DNA of 61,824 nt, taken from contig JBDRET010000061.1 in assembly GCA_043819495.1 (NCBI GenBank), positions 1 to 61,824 of the forward strand, read 5' to 3'. Below, one piece after another: positions 8,553-17,329 of the stretch; position 1 is the first letter of the stretch; every line of letters starts with the position of its first letter. Source of the stretch: Candidatus Woesearchaeota archaeon. GTDB lineage: Archaea > Nanobdellota > Nanobdellia > Woesearchaeales > UBA11576. A program made the translations under genes and the position numbers. Below the pieces are notes generated by a model, which did no database searches, was not told where the DNA came from, and saw nothing but the letters and a program-made list of their open reading frames with translations.

Positions 8553-9374
8553 ATGCAATTATCGCCAGAACAGCAGAAGATCCTTGAAGAGCAGAAGAAA
8601 AACTGCATATTCTGCCAGATAATAGAAGGCAAGATACCCTCAAAGAAAATCTACGAAGACAAACTTGTCGTCGGTATCCTGGACATAAACCCTGCTTCTA
8701 ACGGACACGTGCTCCTGATGCCTAAAGAGCATTACCCAATAATGCCATTGATACCTACAGAGACATTCAAACACCTATTTGACAAGACAAAAGCGATAGA
8801 CAGATGCGTCAAAAACTCACTTTTATGCAAGGAAACCACGATATTCATAGCCAATGGAGGGGCAGCAGGCCAGCAGAGCGCACATTTCATGCTCCACATA
8901 ATCCCCAGAGACAAAGGGGATGAGCTGGAAATGATGGATGTGAAAGGTAAGGAAGTGCCTGAAGATGAGATCAAAGAGGTCATCGAAAAGGCAGGTGGAA
9001 TCCTGAATGCGATGCTTCAGAAAAACCTTCCCGCCTTAGGATTCACTGAAGGGAAGGCTTCTGGCGTTCCTGAAGGAGGTACCGGCCCAGCGCAAAAAGT
9101 GACCAAAGAACAGCTTCTCCAGATCATAGATTCCAACCCCCAGGTCAAGCAACTCATACTCAACCAGACAGACCAGTTCAAACAACTGGTACCACAGCAC
9201 GCACAGCTCAAACAGTTATTCAGCCAGTTCAATCTCGACGAGATAATAGAAGAGGTGAAGAGGCGGTCCAAGCCAAAGACCCCTGGAAAACTGAGCCTTG
9301 AAGGAGACGCTCTCAGAGATGATGCGAAAAAAGCGTCAGGTGCTGGAAGTCAGGGCAGCAGAAGGGGTGACTGA
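8553..9374 (+). CDS. HIT-superfamily protein with a degenerate histidine triad and a ~130-aa Q/K-rich tail
   Basis: CIFCQI...NGHVLLMPKEH...SAHFMLHIIPR. The central (nucleophile) His position of HxHxHxx is Met. Confidence 0.75.
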   Translation: MQLSPEQQKILEEQKKNCIFCQIIEGKIPSKKIYEDKLVVGILDINPASNGHVLLMPKEHYPIMPLIPTETFKHLFDKTKAIDRCVKNSLLCKETTIFIANGGAAGQQSAHFMLHIIPRDKGDELEMMDVKGKEVPEDEIKEVIEKAGGILNAMLQKNLPALGFTEGKASGVPEGGTGPAQKVTKEQLLQIIDSNPQVKQLILNQTDQFKQLVPQHAQLKQLFSQFNLDEIIEEVKRRSKPKTPGKLSLEGDALRDDAKKASGAGSQGSRRGD

Positions 9375-9376
9375 AG

Positions 9377-10057
9377 ATGGCTGATGGAGCATCAGATGGC
9401 TGCAAGTACTGCGAGATCATCAAGAAAAAGCAGAATCTGCTCTATGAAGATGATAAGGTAATCGCTGTGATTCCAGCGAATCCTATCACAAGAGGCCATG
9501 TCCAGGTCATATCAAAGGAGCATCATAACAACATCCAGAGCATAGAAGACAAGGATGTAGAACACATATTCTACGCAGCAAGCTTCTCAGCCACAGCACT
9601 GTTTGAGAACCTTGAAGCACATGGCACCAACATAATAGCTAATTCCGGCAGCCTCCTGAAGGAAGGAGGGCACTTCCATATCGACGTGATAGCAAGGAAG
9701 AATGATGACAAGCTGAACTTCATCTGGAAGCCAAAAAAACTATCAGAGGATGAGCTAAAGGGAATGCAGAGCAAGATCAAAGACAAGTGCGACCTGATAG
9801 GACACGAAAGAAAAAACGAAGTTGTCAACCTTGACAAGAAGCCTGAAAAGCTCGAATCCGGTGAAGAGAAGGCTCCTGAAACGAACAACAAAGAACACAG
9901 AGAGAATGATAAGAGCAGTGAGAATCCTGAAAAAAATAAGACAGAGTTAGAAAAGAAGGGATTAGAAAATAAAGAGTCAGAAAAAAAAGATTTGCCTGAA
10001 ACTGCCGGACATGATAATGAGAGCTACATGATAAGACAGCTAAGGCGGATACCCTGA
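9377..10057 (+). CDS. HIT-superfamily hydrolase with a charged ~90-aa tail
   Basis: CKYCEI...RGHVQVISKEH...GGHFHIDVIARK (HxHxD). The start lies 2 nt after the preceding stop. Confidence 0.75.
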   Translation: MADGASDGCKYCEIIKKKQNLLYEDDKVIAVIPANPITRGHVQVISKEHHNNIQSIEDKDVEHIFYAASFSATALFENLEAHGTNIIANSGSLLKEGGHFHIDVIARKNDDKLNFIWKPKKLSEDELKGMQSKIKDKCDLIGHERKNEVVNLDKKPEKLESGEEKAPETNNKEHRENDKSSENPEKNKTELEKKGLENKESEKKDLPETAGHDNESYMIRQLRRIP

Positions 10058-10084
10058 TCCAGGATACCTATCCTAAACCCTGGT

Positions 10085-11131
10085 TCAGTATACCCTTTGA
10101 GGGACAAATTCTTCCTGGAAATATGTCAGTAAAGACTGGTCAGTCATTCCCGCAACCACGTCGAGAGTCTTGTATGCTGCCTCTTTCTGATCAAGATCTG
10201 AGAATCGGTTCTCCATCACATGGTCAAATACCAGCTCAATCATGCGCTTGGCTTTCTTGAATTCTGCCTTGAGCTTACCACCACCATAGACATTCTTGTA
10301 CATGAAACTGCGCAGAACCTCAAAAGCATCAAGATGATCCCCCTTAAGACAGATGTCTCCCTCAGCTATGCTCATCTCAACAAAATTCCTGTTCAGAGAG
10401 CCTATCCACTTGGATTTCCGTGGCCCAAGGAGCTTGAATTCTGCCTGCGGTATATCAGATTCCCTGATCATCTCAAGACGCAAAGCATCCTCCAGATCAG
10501 AACAAGTATACGCAAGCTTGTCAGCGAGACGCACAACCTTTCCTTCATAAGTTATAGGAAGATCCATATCCTTATCCAGGCCGGAAGCTCCAAGCGAGTG
10601 CTTCAATATGCCATCCCGCACCTCTTCAGTGAGGTTCAATCCGCGACCGCCCTTCTCAACCCTGTCGACGATATCAAGACCATAACGTGCATGGTGGAAC
10701 TCATAAGATGGGTCATGAAGAAGATCCTTCATTATCTTTGTCAATGCTGATTCACCTGCATGGCCAAAAGGGATATGCCCGAGATCATGGCCAAGAGCGA
10801 TAGCTGCAGCAAGGGTCTCATTGAGACCGAGATGAGAGCAGTTCCTCAATGCTACCTGCAGCACCTCATAACTATGTGTCATCCGGGTAGTCAATAGCTG
10901 ATCAAGAGGCATCAGGACCACTTGCGTCTTATTTCTCAGCCTACGGAAGGCTTCTGAATAGATTATCCTATCATAATCCCGCTCATATTCAGTGCGCCAC
11001 TGACTTACACGCTCTTCCGGATTACGCCTACCCTGGGTCTCTGAAGAGAGTGCGTATTCCTCTGATAAGAAACCTGAAAGCTTCAACACCTGCTCCCTAT
11101 CTTCCTTATGTTTCCTAGTTATAAGTTTCAT
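10085..11131 (-). CDS. dGTPase-like HD-domain dNTP triphosphohydrolase
   Basis: HSYEVLQVA...ALGHDLGHIPFGHAGE motif; 348 aa. Confidence 0.75.
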   Translation of the reverse strand: MKLITRKHKEDREQVLKLSGFLSEEYALSSETQGRRNPEERVSQWRTEYERDYDRIIYSEAFRRLRNKTQVVLMPLDQLLTTRMTHSYEVLQVALRNCSHLGLNETLAAAIALGHDLGHIPFGHAGESALTKIMKDLLHDPSYEFHHARYGLDIVDRVEKGGRGLNLTEEVRDGILKHSLGASGLDKDMDLPITYEGKVVRLADKLAYTCSDLEDALRLEMIRESDIPQAEFKLLGPRKSKWIGSLNRNFVEMSIAEGDICLKGDHLDAFEVLRSFMYKNVYGGGKLKAEFKKAKRMIELVFDHVMENRFSDLDQKEAAYKTLDVVAGMTDQSLLTYFQEEFVPQRVY

Positions 11132-11196
11132 GTCCTAACCCCCAACATCTCTCAAGATATTTCAACAAACTTCCTACGGATCGTTGAATGTAATAT

Positions 11197-13914
11197 TTAC
11201 TCGACGATTATTGCCGGTTTCCCTGGCATCGCCTGCTTGGCCTTAGGCTCCTTTGCATCCTGGGCCCTGACCAATTCCACAGGACAGCCGAACTGCTTCT
11301 CAAGTGCGGCCCTGCTCTCTTCCAGTACTGCGACTTCCTTATCCTGATCCATGACCACTGAAGGCATCTTGCTTGCATCGACTGCGAGCTTTGGAACAAG
11401 TCTTGATATCTCCTGCCCGTATACCTTCAGACCGCCTGACATGATTGATTTCAGTATAGAGCCGACGTCCCGTGTCTTCTCAAGCTCCTGCTTGAGCTGC
11501 CTTACAAAGTCATATTTCCATGCATCAGATATGAACAACCTGACCTTTGAAGGCTTTTCCAGTCTGGCAAGCTCCAGCACCCTGTTGATATCAGACATCG
11601 TACCTGAGACAAGCTCATCAGATGCCTCTGCTTCAGGATCCAACTTACCCTCATCAAACACAGGCCAGTCCGCAAGCGAGATGAATCCCTCCCTGCCCGA
11701 CCGCTCCCAGATCTCCTCAGAAAGATGAGGTGAAAAAGGTGCCAGAAGCAGAGCGAGATTCTCAATAAGCTCGTCGTGAACAGCAAGGTGGACCTTTGCC
11801 TCCCTATACCTGTAGATGGCATTGACAAACTCCATCAATGCACCTATCGCAAGGCTCGGCTTTATGTCCTCAAGCAAGCCAGTAACAGTACCTATCGTAC
11901 GATGCATCCTGCTCAGGATATGCCTATCAGCATTATTGTGCTCCCTCTCTTCAACCTGTGGAGCATCCTCGAGAAGACGCCAGATACGGTTACGGAATCG
12001 GAAAGCGCCCTGGACACCCTGGTCAGACCACTCCAGCTCCTTCTCAGGCAATGCGGAGAAAAGCATGAATATCCTTGCAGTGTCTGCGCCAAACTTATCC
12101 ATTATCTCGGCAGGATCAACAACGTTCCCCAATGACTTTGACATCTTGGTACCGTCCTTGGTCACCATCCCCTGACAGAGCAGGCAGCGGAACGGCTCAT
12201 CAATATCAGTCAGACCCAGGTCCTTTAGCACCTTTGTGAGGAACCGGGCATAAAGAAGATGGAGTATCGCATGCTCTATGCCACCGATGTACTGGTCGAC
12301 AGGCATCCAATAATCAGACTCCTTCTTATCGAAAGGGAGCGAGTCCATCTTAGGTGAAAGATACCTGAAGAAGTACCATGAAGAATCCACAAATGTATCC
12401 ATAGTATCTGTCTCACGCCTTGCTGCAGAGCCGCACTTCGGACAAGAAGCCTTCGTGAAACTTTCGGATTTAGCAAGAGGATTGCCTTCTCCTGTGAACT
12501 CGACATCATTCGGCAGTGTTACCGGAAGCTGGTCATATGGCACAGGCACGATACCACACTTATCACAATAGACTATCGGTATAGGGGTGCCCCAGTATCT
12601 CTGGCGCGAGATCAGCCAGTCACGGAGCCTGTAATTGACTGTACGTTTACCCCAACCCTTGGACTCAAGGAACTTGGACAGCTCTTCAATCGCATCACGG
12701 CTGCCAGAACCATCAAAATCACCAGAATTGACCATTATACCATCATCGCAGAATGCCCTGGACATCTTATCAGGATTCAGCTCATGACCATCTGTAGGGT
12801 TTATCACAACCTTAAGCGGCAAGCCATATTTCTTTGCAAACTCAAAATCCCTCTGATCATGTGCAGGGACTGCCATCACAGCTCCGGCCCCATAGTTCAT
12901 GAGCACATAATCACCGACCCAAAGAGGACACTTATCGCCATTGACAGGATTGATGAAATAGACTCCCAGGAACTCGCCATTCTTCTCCTTGGTCTCGGCG
13001 GTACGCTCGATGATAGTCTGCTTCTTCACCTCTGAGATGAAACTCTTGACAGGAGTCTCATACTTTGTCCCATCAGTCCACTCAAGGACCTTAGGATGCT
13101 CAGCAGCAAGCACGAGATAAGTGATCCCATATGCAGTATCAGGCCGCGTCGTGAAAGTAGATATCGTGTCGATCTTATTGCCTGGCTCATCAACGACATC
13201 AAAGTCGATTATCGTGCCATAAGACTTACCGATCCAGTTATGCTGCATTGTCCTGACCTGCTCAGGCCAGTGATCCAGATGCTCAAGACCTTCAAGAAGC
13301 CTGTCAGCATATGCTGTGACCTTGAAGAACCACTGCTCAAGGTTCTTCTCCTCGACAGAATGCTTGCAGCGCCAACACTTGCCATCCACCACCTGCTCAT
13401 TTGCAAGCACTGTCTGACAGTCAGGGCACCAGTTGATAGGGGCTGCCTTCTTGTAGGCAAGACCCTTTTCCAGCATCTTGAGGAACATCCACTGGTTCCA
13501 TCTGTAGTACTCAGGATCTATGCTCTGCACCTGCCTGTCCCAATCATAAGATATGCCCAGCGCAATCTGCTGTGCTTTCATGTCAGCTATACAGCGACGG
13601 GTCCACTCCTCAGGATGGGTCTTATGCTTTATCGCAGCATTCTCAGCAGGAAGCCCAAAAGCATCATAGCCCATAGGGTAAAGGACATTAAAACCACGCA
13701 TACGCTTGTAGCGCGCAAAAGAATCTCCGATAGAATAGTTCCTCAGATGGCCCATGTGCAACTTTCCCGACGGATACGGGTACATCTCAAGGCAATAGAA
13801 CTTAGGTTTTCCAGTATCAGAAGATGACTTGAATACCTGGCTGTCTGCCCACTTCTTCTGCCACTTATCCTCAATATCGCTAAAACCTGGCTTTTCGTTA
13901 TCCTGTCCTGTCAT
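11197..13914 (-). CDS. leuS: leucyl-tRNA synthetase, bacterial genre
   Basis: MYPYPSGKLHMGHLRNY, DAFGLPAENAAIKH, TVLANEQVVDGKCWRC, QHNWIGKS and KMSKSLGNVVDP. 905 aa; TAA stop. Confidence 0.95.
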   Translation of the reverse strand: MTGQDNEKPGFSDIEDKWQKKWADSQVFKSSSDTGKPKFYCLEMYPYPSGKLHMGHLRNYSIGDSFARYKRMRGFNVLYPMGYDAFGLPAENAAIKHKTHPEEWTRRCIADMKAQQIALGISYDWDRQVQSIDPEYYRWNQWMFLKMLEKGLAYKKAAPINWCPDCQTVLANEQVVDGKCWRCKHSVEEKNLEQWFFKVTAYADRLLEGLEHLDHWPEQVRTMQHNWIGKSYGTIIDFDVVDEPGNKIDTISTFTTRPDTAYGITYLVLAAEHPKVLEWTDGTKYETPVKSFISEVKKQTIIERTAETKEKNGEFLGVYFINPVNGDKCPLWVGDYVLMNYGAGAVMAVPAHDQRDFEFAKKYGLPLKVVINPTDGHELNPDKMSRAFCDDGIMVNSGDFDGSGSRDAIEELSKFLESKGWGKRTVNYRLRDWLISRQRYWGTPIPIVYCDKCGIVPVPYDQLPVTLPNDVEFTGEGNPLAKSESFTKASCPKCGSAARRETDTMDTFVDSSWYFFRYLSPKMDSLPFDKKESDYWMPVDQYIGGIEHAILHLLYARFLTKVLKDLGLTDIDEPFRCLLCQGMVTKDGTKMSKSLGNVVDPAEIMDKFGADTARIFMLFSALPEKELEWSDQGVQGAFRFRNRIWRLLEDAPQVEEREHNNADRHILSRMHRTIGTVTGLLEDIKPSLAIGALMEFVNAIYRYREAKVHLAVHDELIENLALLLAPFSPHLSEEIWERSGREGFISLADWPVFDEGKLDPEAEASDELVSGTMSDINRVLELARLEKPSKVRLFISDAWKYDFVRQLKQELEKTRDVGSILKSIMSGGLKVYGQEISRLVPKLAVDASKMPSVVMDQDKEVAVLEESRAALEKQFGCPVELVRAQDAKEPKAKQAMPGKPAIIVE

Positions 13915-14072
13915 TGCCTAAACACCAATCACACCAATAGTATTGCCTGCGTGCCTTGCAGGTGGCTTAAATAATTGTCGAAGCTGGCCGGGAACAGCTG
14001 AAGTATGTAATTTTGCGCCCGATATTATGAAAAGATACACAAAAGATACAAAAAAAGATATGAAAAATTGGT

Positions 14073-15284
14073 CTATTGCTGTGGACCCTGTGAGGTATGG
14101 AGCCTCTGCTGGGGATCCGTGCTCACAAGTATCGTCCTGTCGTCTATCTCAGCATAGGCTATCCTGCCCTTGAGCTTGAGCTCCTTCAGGTAGGCGTAAA
14201 AAGATGTCCTTCCACAGAGCTGCTTCTCATTGACGACAATCTCCTCAATCTCCTTTGTCGAGCGCTGATTATCACCTATCAGATCGACGATGAACTTAAG
14301 CACATAACCCCTCCTATTAGGCATCACCCTTGACATTATGTGTCTCTGGAAACTTGAAGGGGAAGACATGAACTGGGGAGCTGGCTGTGAAGCGGACTGC
14401 ACCATCACAGGAGGGATTACCTGTGGGATCTCCTGCACCTGTGGTTGCTGTTGTTGAGGTGTCTGGACACTCACTTTTGGCACCTCTCGCACTTCGGCCA
14501 TCTTTTTCCTCACCATCTCAACCTCTTGTGAAGTATGCTCGGTCAGCAATTTGAGCTTTGAAATCTGCTCTGAGAGCTCACTTTTGGTTGAATTTATGTG
14601 ATTTTTAGCAGAATCATGCGAGTTTTCGATAGATTCCTTAGAAGAAGATATCTCATCCTGCAGTTCAGATATGCTTGAACGAAGCTCTTTATTCTCATCA
14701 TTAAGGCCATTCAGAAGCTCTCTGAGCTGCGAATATGTCTGAGACCACTCTTTAGAAGCCTGCTGTAGATCTTCCTTTATATCGCCTTCTTTGCGCTTCT
14801 GGCGCTCGATATATGTGGAAAAATAGTCTATCCAGGACTTCAGGCGGTTAAGCTCGGATTCTGCTGCCTCTTTATGCTGTCGAAGCTCGCTGTGGACCTG
14901 ACTTTTCAGGCCCTCTCCATGAGCTGAAACAGTTTTAGATAGCTCCTCGTGCCTTTTTTCGAGCTTTACAGCCAATCTGGTAGTATCTGAATGTGCAGAT
15001 CTTAACTCATTATGGGAACTGTGTAATTTCAGATGATTCTCTGTAATTTTCTCGTGTTTCTGCAATAATCGAGCATTAGCCTCTGAAACCCTCTGATTAG
15101 AGCGATTAAGGTAGTCTACCCACTGAGCGACCCTCTCAAGCTCTTTCTGGTTAGAATCCATCCTGTTGTTGACCTCACCTATGTCGGTCTTGATCTGCGC
15201 AAAGGCCTGGGCAAGCTGTTCGGAGAAGGTCGCAAAGCGCTGCTCAAAGCCGTTGTTTTTTCGGTTCTTGAAAATCGGTAACAT
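14073..15284 (-). CDS. coiled-coil protein with a C-terminal winged-helix domain (hypothetical)
   Basis: Lies in ORF 14073..15461, with a likely ATG at 15282-15284 (MLPIFKNRK...). About 280 aa of heptad-like repeats are followed by a Q/P-rich linker and GYVLKFIVDLIGDNQRSTKEIEEIV...YAYLKELKLKGRI. Confidence 0.65.
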   Translation of the reverse strand: MLPIFKNRKNNGFEQRFATFSEQLAQAFAQIKTDIGEVNNRMDSNQKELERVAQWVDYLNRSNQRVSEANARLLQKHEKITENHLKLHSSHNELRSAHSDTTRLAVKLEKRHEELSKTVSAHGEGLKSQVHSELRQHKEAAESELNRLKSWIDYFSTYIERQKRKEGDIKEDLQQASKEWSQTYSQLRELLNGLNDENKELRSSISELQDEISSSKESIENSHDSAKNHINSTKSELSEQISKLKLLTEHTSQEVEMVRKKMAEVREVPKVSVQTPQQQQPQVQEIPQVIPPVMVQSASQPAPQFMSSPSSFQRHIMSRVMPNRRGYVLKFIVDLIGDNQRSTKEIEEIVVNEKQLCGRTSFYAYLKELKLKGRIAYAEIDDRTILVSTDPQQRLHTSQGPQQ

Positions 15285-15345
15285 TGTGAAAAACACCCCT
15301 TGTTTTTGATATGGAAACTCTTGAAAGATATAAATGTTTCTGTTT

Positions 15346-15479
15346 AGTTCACGTTCAGTACGGACTGAATGTGAACTTGAGTGCCATGGCTTTTCAAAGG
15401 TTTTAGGCGCTCTTTTTGTGTTTTTCAGGTTCAGTTCGTACTGAACTTGAACTGAATTCACGTAGAGTTCGGACTGAAT
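15346..15479. promoter_or_regulatory. cluster of three related dyad-symmetric sites (TTCAGT-N4-ACTGAA family)
   Basis: AGTTCACGTTCAGT-ACGG-ACTGAATGTGAACT (15346-15377), GTTCAGT-TCGT-ACTGAAC (15429-15446) and AGTTCGGACTGAAT (15466-15479). The cluster begins about 60 nt upstream of the start at 15284. Confidence 0.5.
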
Positions 15480-15860
15480 CTATACACTGGTGTGCATTTT
15501 TTCTCGACGAGAAAGCATTTCTATGCGTAATAAGTACAGGTATGGTCCGGATCAGGTCCGAACCTGAACGAACCTGCCAAGAAGGGCTAAAACGTCCGAA
15601 TTCAGCCGAATTAGCCCGGTCCGAACCTGAGGTGAACCTGGTTCGGATACAGGACGGATACAGGAATCACGCAAAAAAGTCAATCAGGATCATCAAGATT
15701 CCAGGAAGCACTGCAGGCAGGAAATGGTGCCTGAATGGAAAGATAAAATATATATTGTGAAATATTTTTTAGCATAGTTATTTAGTAACAGAATTATTAC
15801 AATATCTATATTGAAGATTGTTTTTAGGCAGGATTTCAAGCAAAATCACAGGGTCAGCAA

Positions 15861-16577
15861 AGCCAAAAATAGAGCAAAATCAAGGAAAGTGAGGGATCCA
15901 AAATAGAGATATCCCAACACCTTTTCTGGATGTTCCGTAATTGTTTTGGGAGGTTTATCCGGACGGACAGAATATAGCCAAAAATAGCTAAAAGTGAGGG
16001 TTGAAATGAGACGTTTTACACCGTAAATAGGGTTGAACAGGGTAAAAATACATAGTTCAGATCTGTCAAAATGCTAAAATTGAGGTAGAATGGTTAAAAA
16101 TGGCAAAATCAGGCATTATAGAAGCTGATGATGTACCTGGTTTTCCAGAAACAACAGTTCTCAATGACTAGAATCAGGTCGGAATCCTGTCAGAATCAGA
16201 TAAAAATCACACTATAACTCGCAGGTTTCAAGCAGATCCCATCAGACCTGTCTTAAATCTCCCACATGCCAGGTTCTGGAGCGCTGCTCAGGGATGTGCT
16301 TTTAATCATCTTTAGCATAGGGATCTAAAGCATGTGGATCTAAAGCATAGGGATCTAAATAATCTCAGATTGCCTGCTCTGATGCTAAAATGCCTGTGTT
16401 TAGCATGATTTTTAGTGCCAAGCTCTAAAACTGCAGTATTCTAGCGTATTAGCTCTTATGCTACGGGGTTCTCAAACCACTTAAATTGGCGTTATAGCGC
16501 TCCATATGCCGTACTAATTATAATATATTATAGAAAAATAGCGAAAAAATACGTGAAAATGCCGGAAAGTGAGGGTT
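15861..16577 (+). repeat. three same-orientation bipartite repeats AAAAATAG-N(2-26)-AAAGTGAGGG(T/A)T
   Basis: Copies lie at 15861-15897, 15976-16003 and 16533-16577. Degenerate versions occur near 16595-16625 and 16741-16755. Confidence 0.6.
16313..16357. repeat. 15-nt tandem repeat, three copies (AGCATAGGGATCTAA)
   Basis: Sequence tagcatagggatcta / aagcatgtggatcta / aagcatagggatcta. An inverted repeat ATGCTAAA-N10-TTTAGCAT lies nearby at about 16382-16407. Confidence 0.7.
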
Positions 16578-16898
16578 GTCCGAAGGCTTGAGATAAAAAA
16601 ATAGGTAAAAAGTAAGTGAAAAGTGTATAGTAAAAGAGCAAAATAATGATCTAAAAGCAGGTATTTGAGAAAACCCCTTCAGGAGAGCGTAAGGAGAACG
16701 TATACAGCGAATATGAGCTGTCAAGAAAGCCCTATGGGGGCAAAAGTAAGGGATAGACTAGCTAGAAATAAGACACATAATGGTAAACTTGCAGGATATG
16801 TCCCTAGATATAATCATAGAATCGCTAGAAACAAGAGAATCAAAAGCAAGAACAATCAATTCAATAAAAATCAAAATATTTGAACAGAAGCAATAAAT

Positions 16899-17096
16899 TC
16901 AGAACTTCTTGAACTGGGCTGCGATATCTATCAGTTCCACATGGCCCATGATCTGCTGTCTGCAGCAGTATCTCTCAAGCCCCAGATCATCCAGGACCTT
17001 CTTCATATCCTCACCCTTAGATGTCCGTGTATTGAACTCTTCCCAAAGGTGCGCTATGGGCTTACCACAGCTCCAGCATCGTATAGGTATTATCAT
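16899..17096 (-). CDS. rpoN: DNA-directed RNA polymerase subunit N (Rpo10)
   Basis: MIIPIRCWSCGKPIAHLWEEF...YCCRQQIMGHVELID; 65 aa. Confidence 0.95.
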   Translation of the reverse strand: MIIPIRCWSCGKPIAHLWEEFNTRTSKGEDMKKVLDDLGLERYCCRQQIMGHVELIDIAAQFKKF

Positions 17097-17224
17097 CGTG
17101 TCACCTTGTTCGCAACGAATCCGTCAACATCTATCATCAAATCATGACCAAATATCCTGTGAATCATGCGAAAAAATCGCGAAAATGAATGTCATAAAAT
17201 TATTGCCAAATAATTTTAGGACAC

Positions 17225-17269
17225 CAAAGACCAATCGTCTTATTTAACACAGTGACTCTTTGGTCTTTG
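17225..17269. repeat. 10-bp stem hairpin CAAAGACCAA...TTGGTCTTTG in the S9-rpoN spacer
   Basis: A perfect 10-bp inverted repeat with a 25-nt loop. It has the same CAAA/TTTG stem ends as the hairpin arrays at 2.2 and 24.9 kb. Confidence 0.5.
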
Positions 17270-17329
17270 CGTGTAAAAAATCCGTAAGTGAGCAGGAGCA
17301 CACAATTGTGCTTGACATAACTGGTCGGC

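Larger units (their letters stand above)
15285..16898. other. 1.6-kb ORF-free, repeat-dense intergenic block
   Basis: There is no credible ORF on either strand. The block contains many dyads, direct repeats and an AT-rich core (15741-15830). It is the largest non-coding stretch in the window. Confidence 0.7.

Noticed and set aside
13096-13827. Long antisense ORFs inside strongly supported genes. Examples are 313..729, 10220..10750, 11351..11728, 13096..13827, 27196..27621, 30035..30682, 30806..31522, 43368..43871, 54722..55306 and 57864..58457.
   Set aside because: Each lies entirely opposite a gene with clear family motifs. Their translations are low-complexity or Ser/Leu/Cys-rich with no recognisable motif, which is typical of shadow ORFs.
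15541-15660. Possible 5S rRNA, suggested by the repeated GUCCGAACCUGA strings.
   Set aside because: The strings are direct repeats. They lack the rest of the 5S consensus (loop E and helix I pairing), and no ~120-nt fold can be drawn.
16313-16357. Possible CRISPR array.
   Set aside because: There are only three directly abutting 15-nt units with no spacers. No 24-40-nt repeat/spacer periodicity occurs anywhere in the window, and no cas genes are present.
15416-16883. ORFs 15416..15760, 16518..16724 and 16665..16883 inside the repeat block.
   Set aside because: Their translations simply mirror the DNA repeats (VRTE.., RSEPE..) or are poly-basic or low-complexity. They have no TATA box at a suitable distance and no motif. 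I treat them as non-coding.
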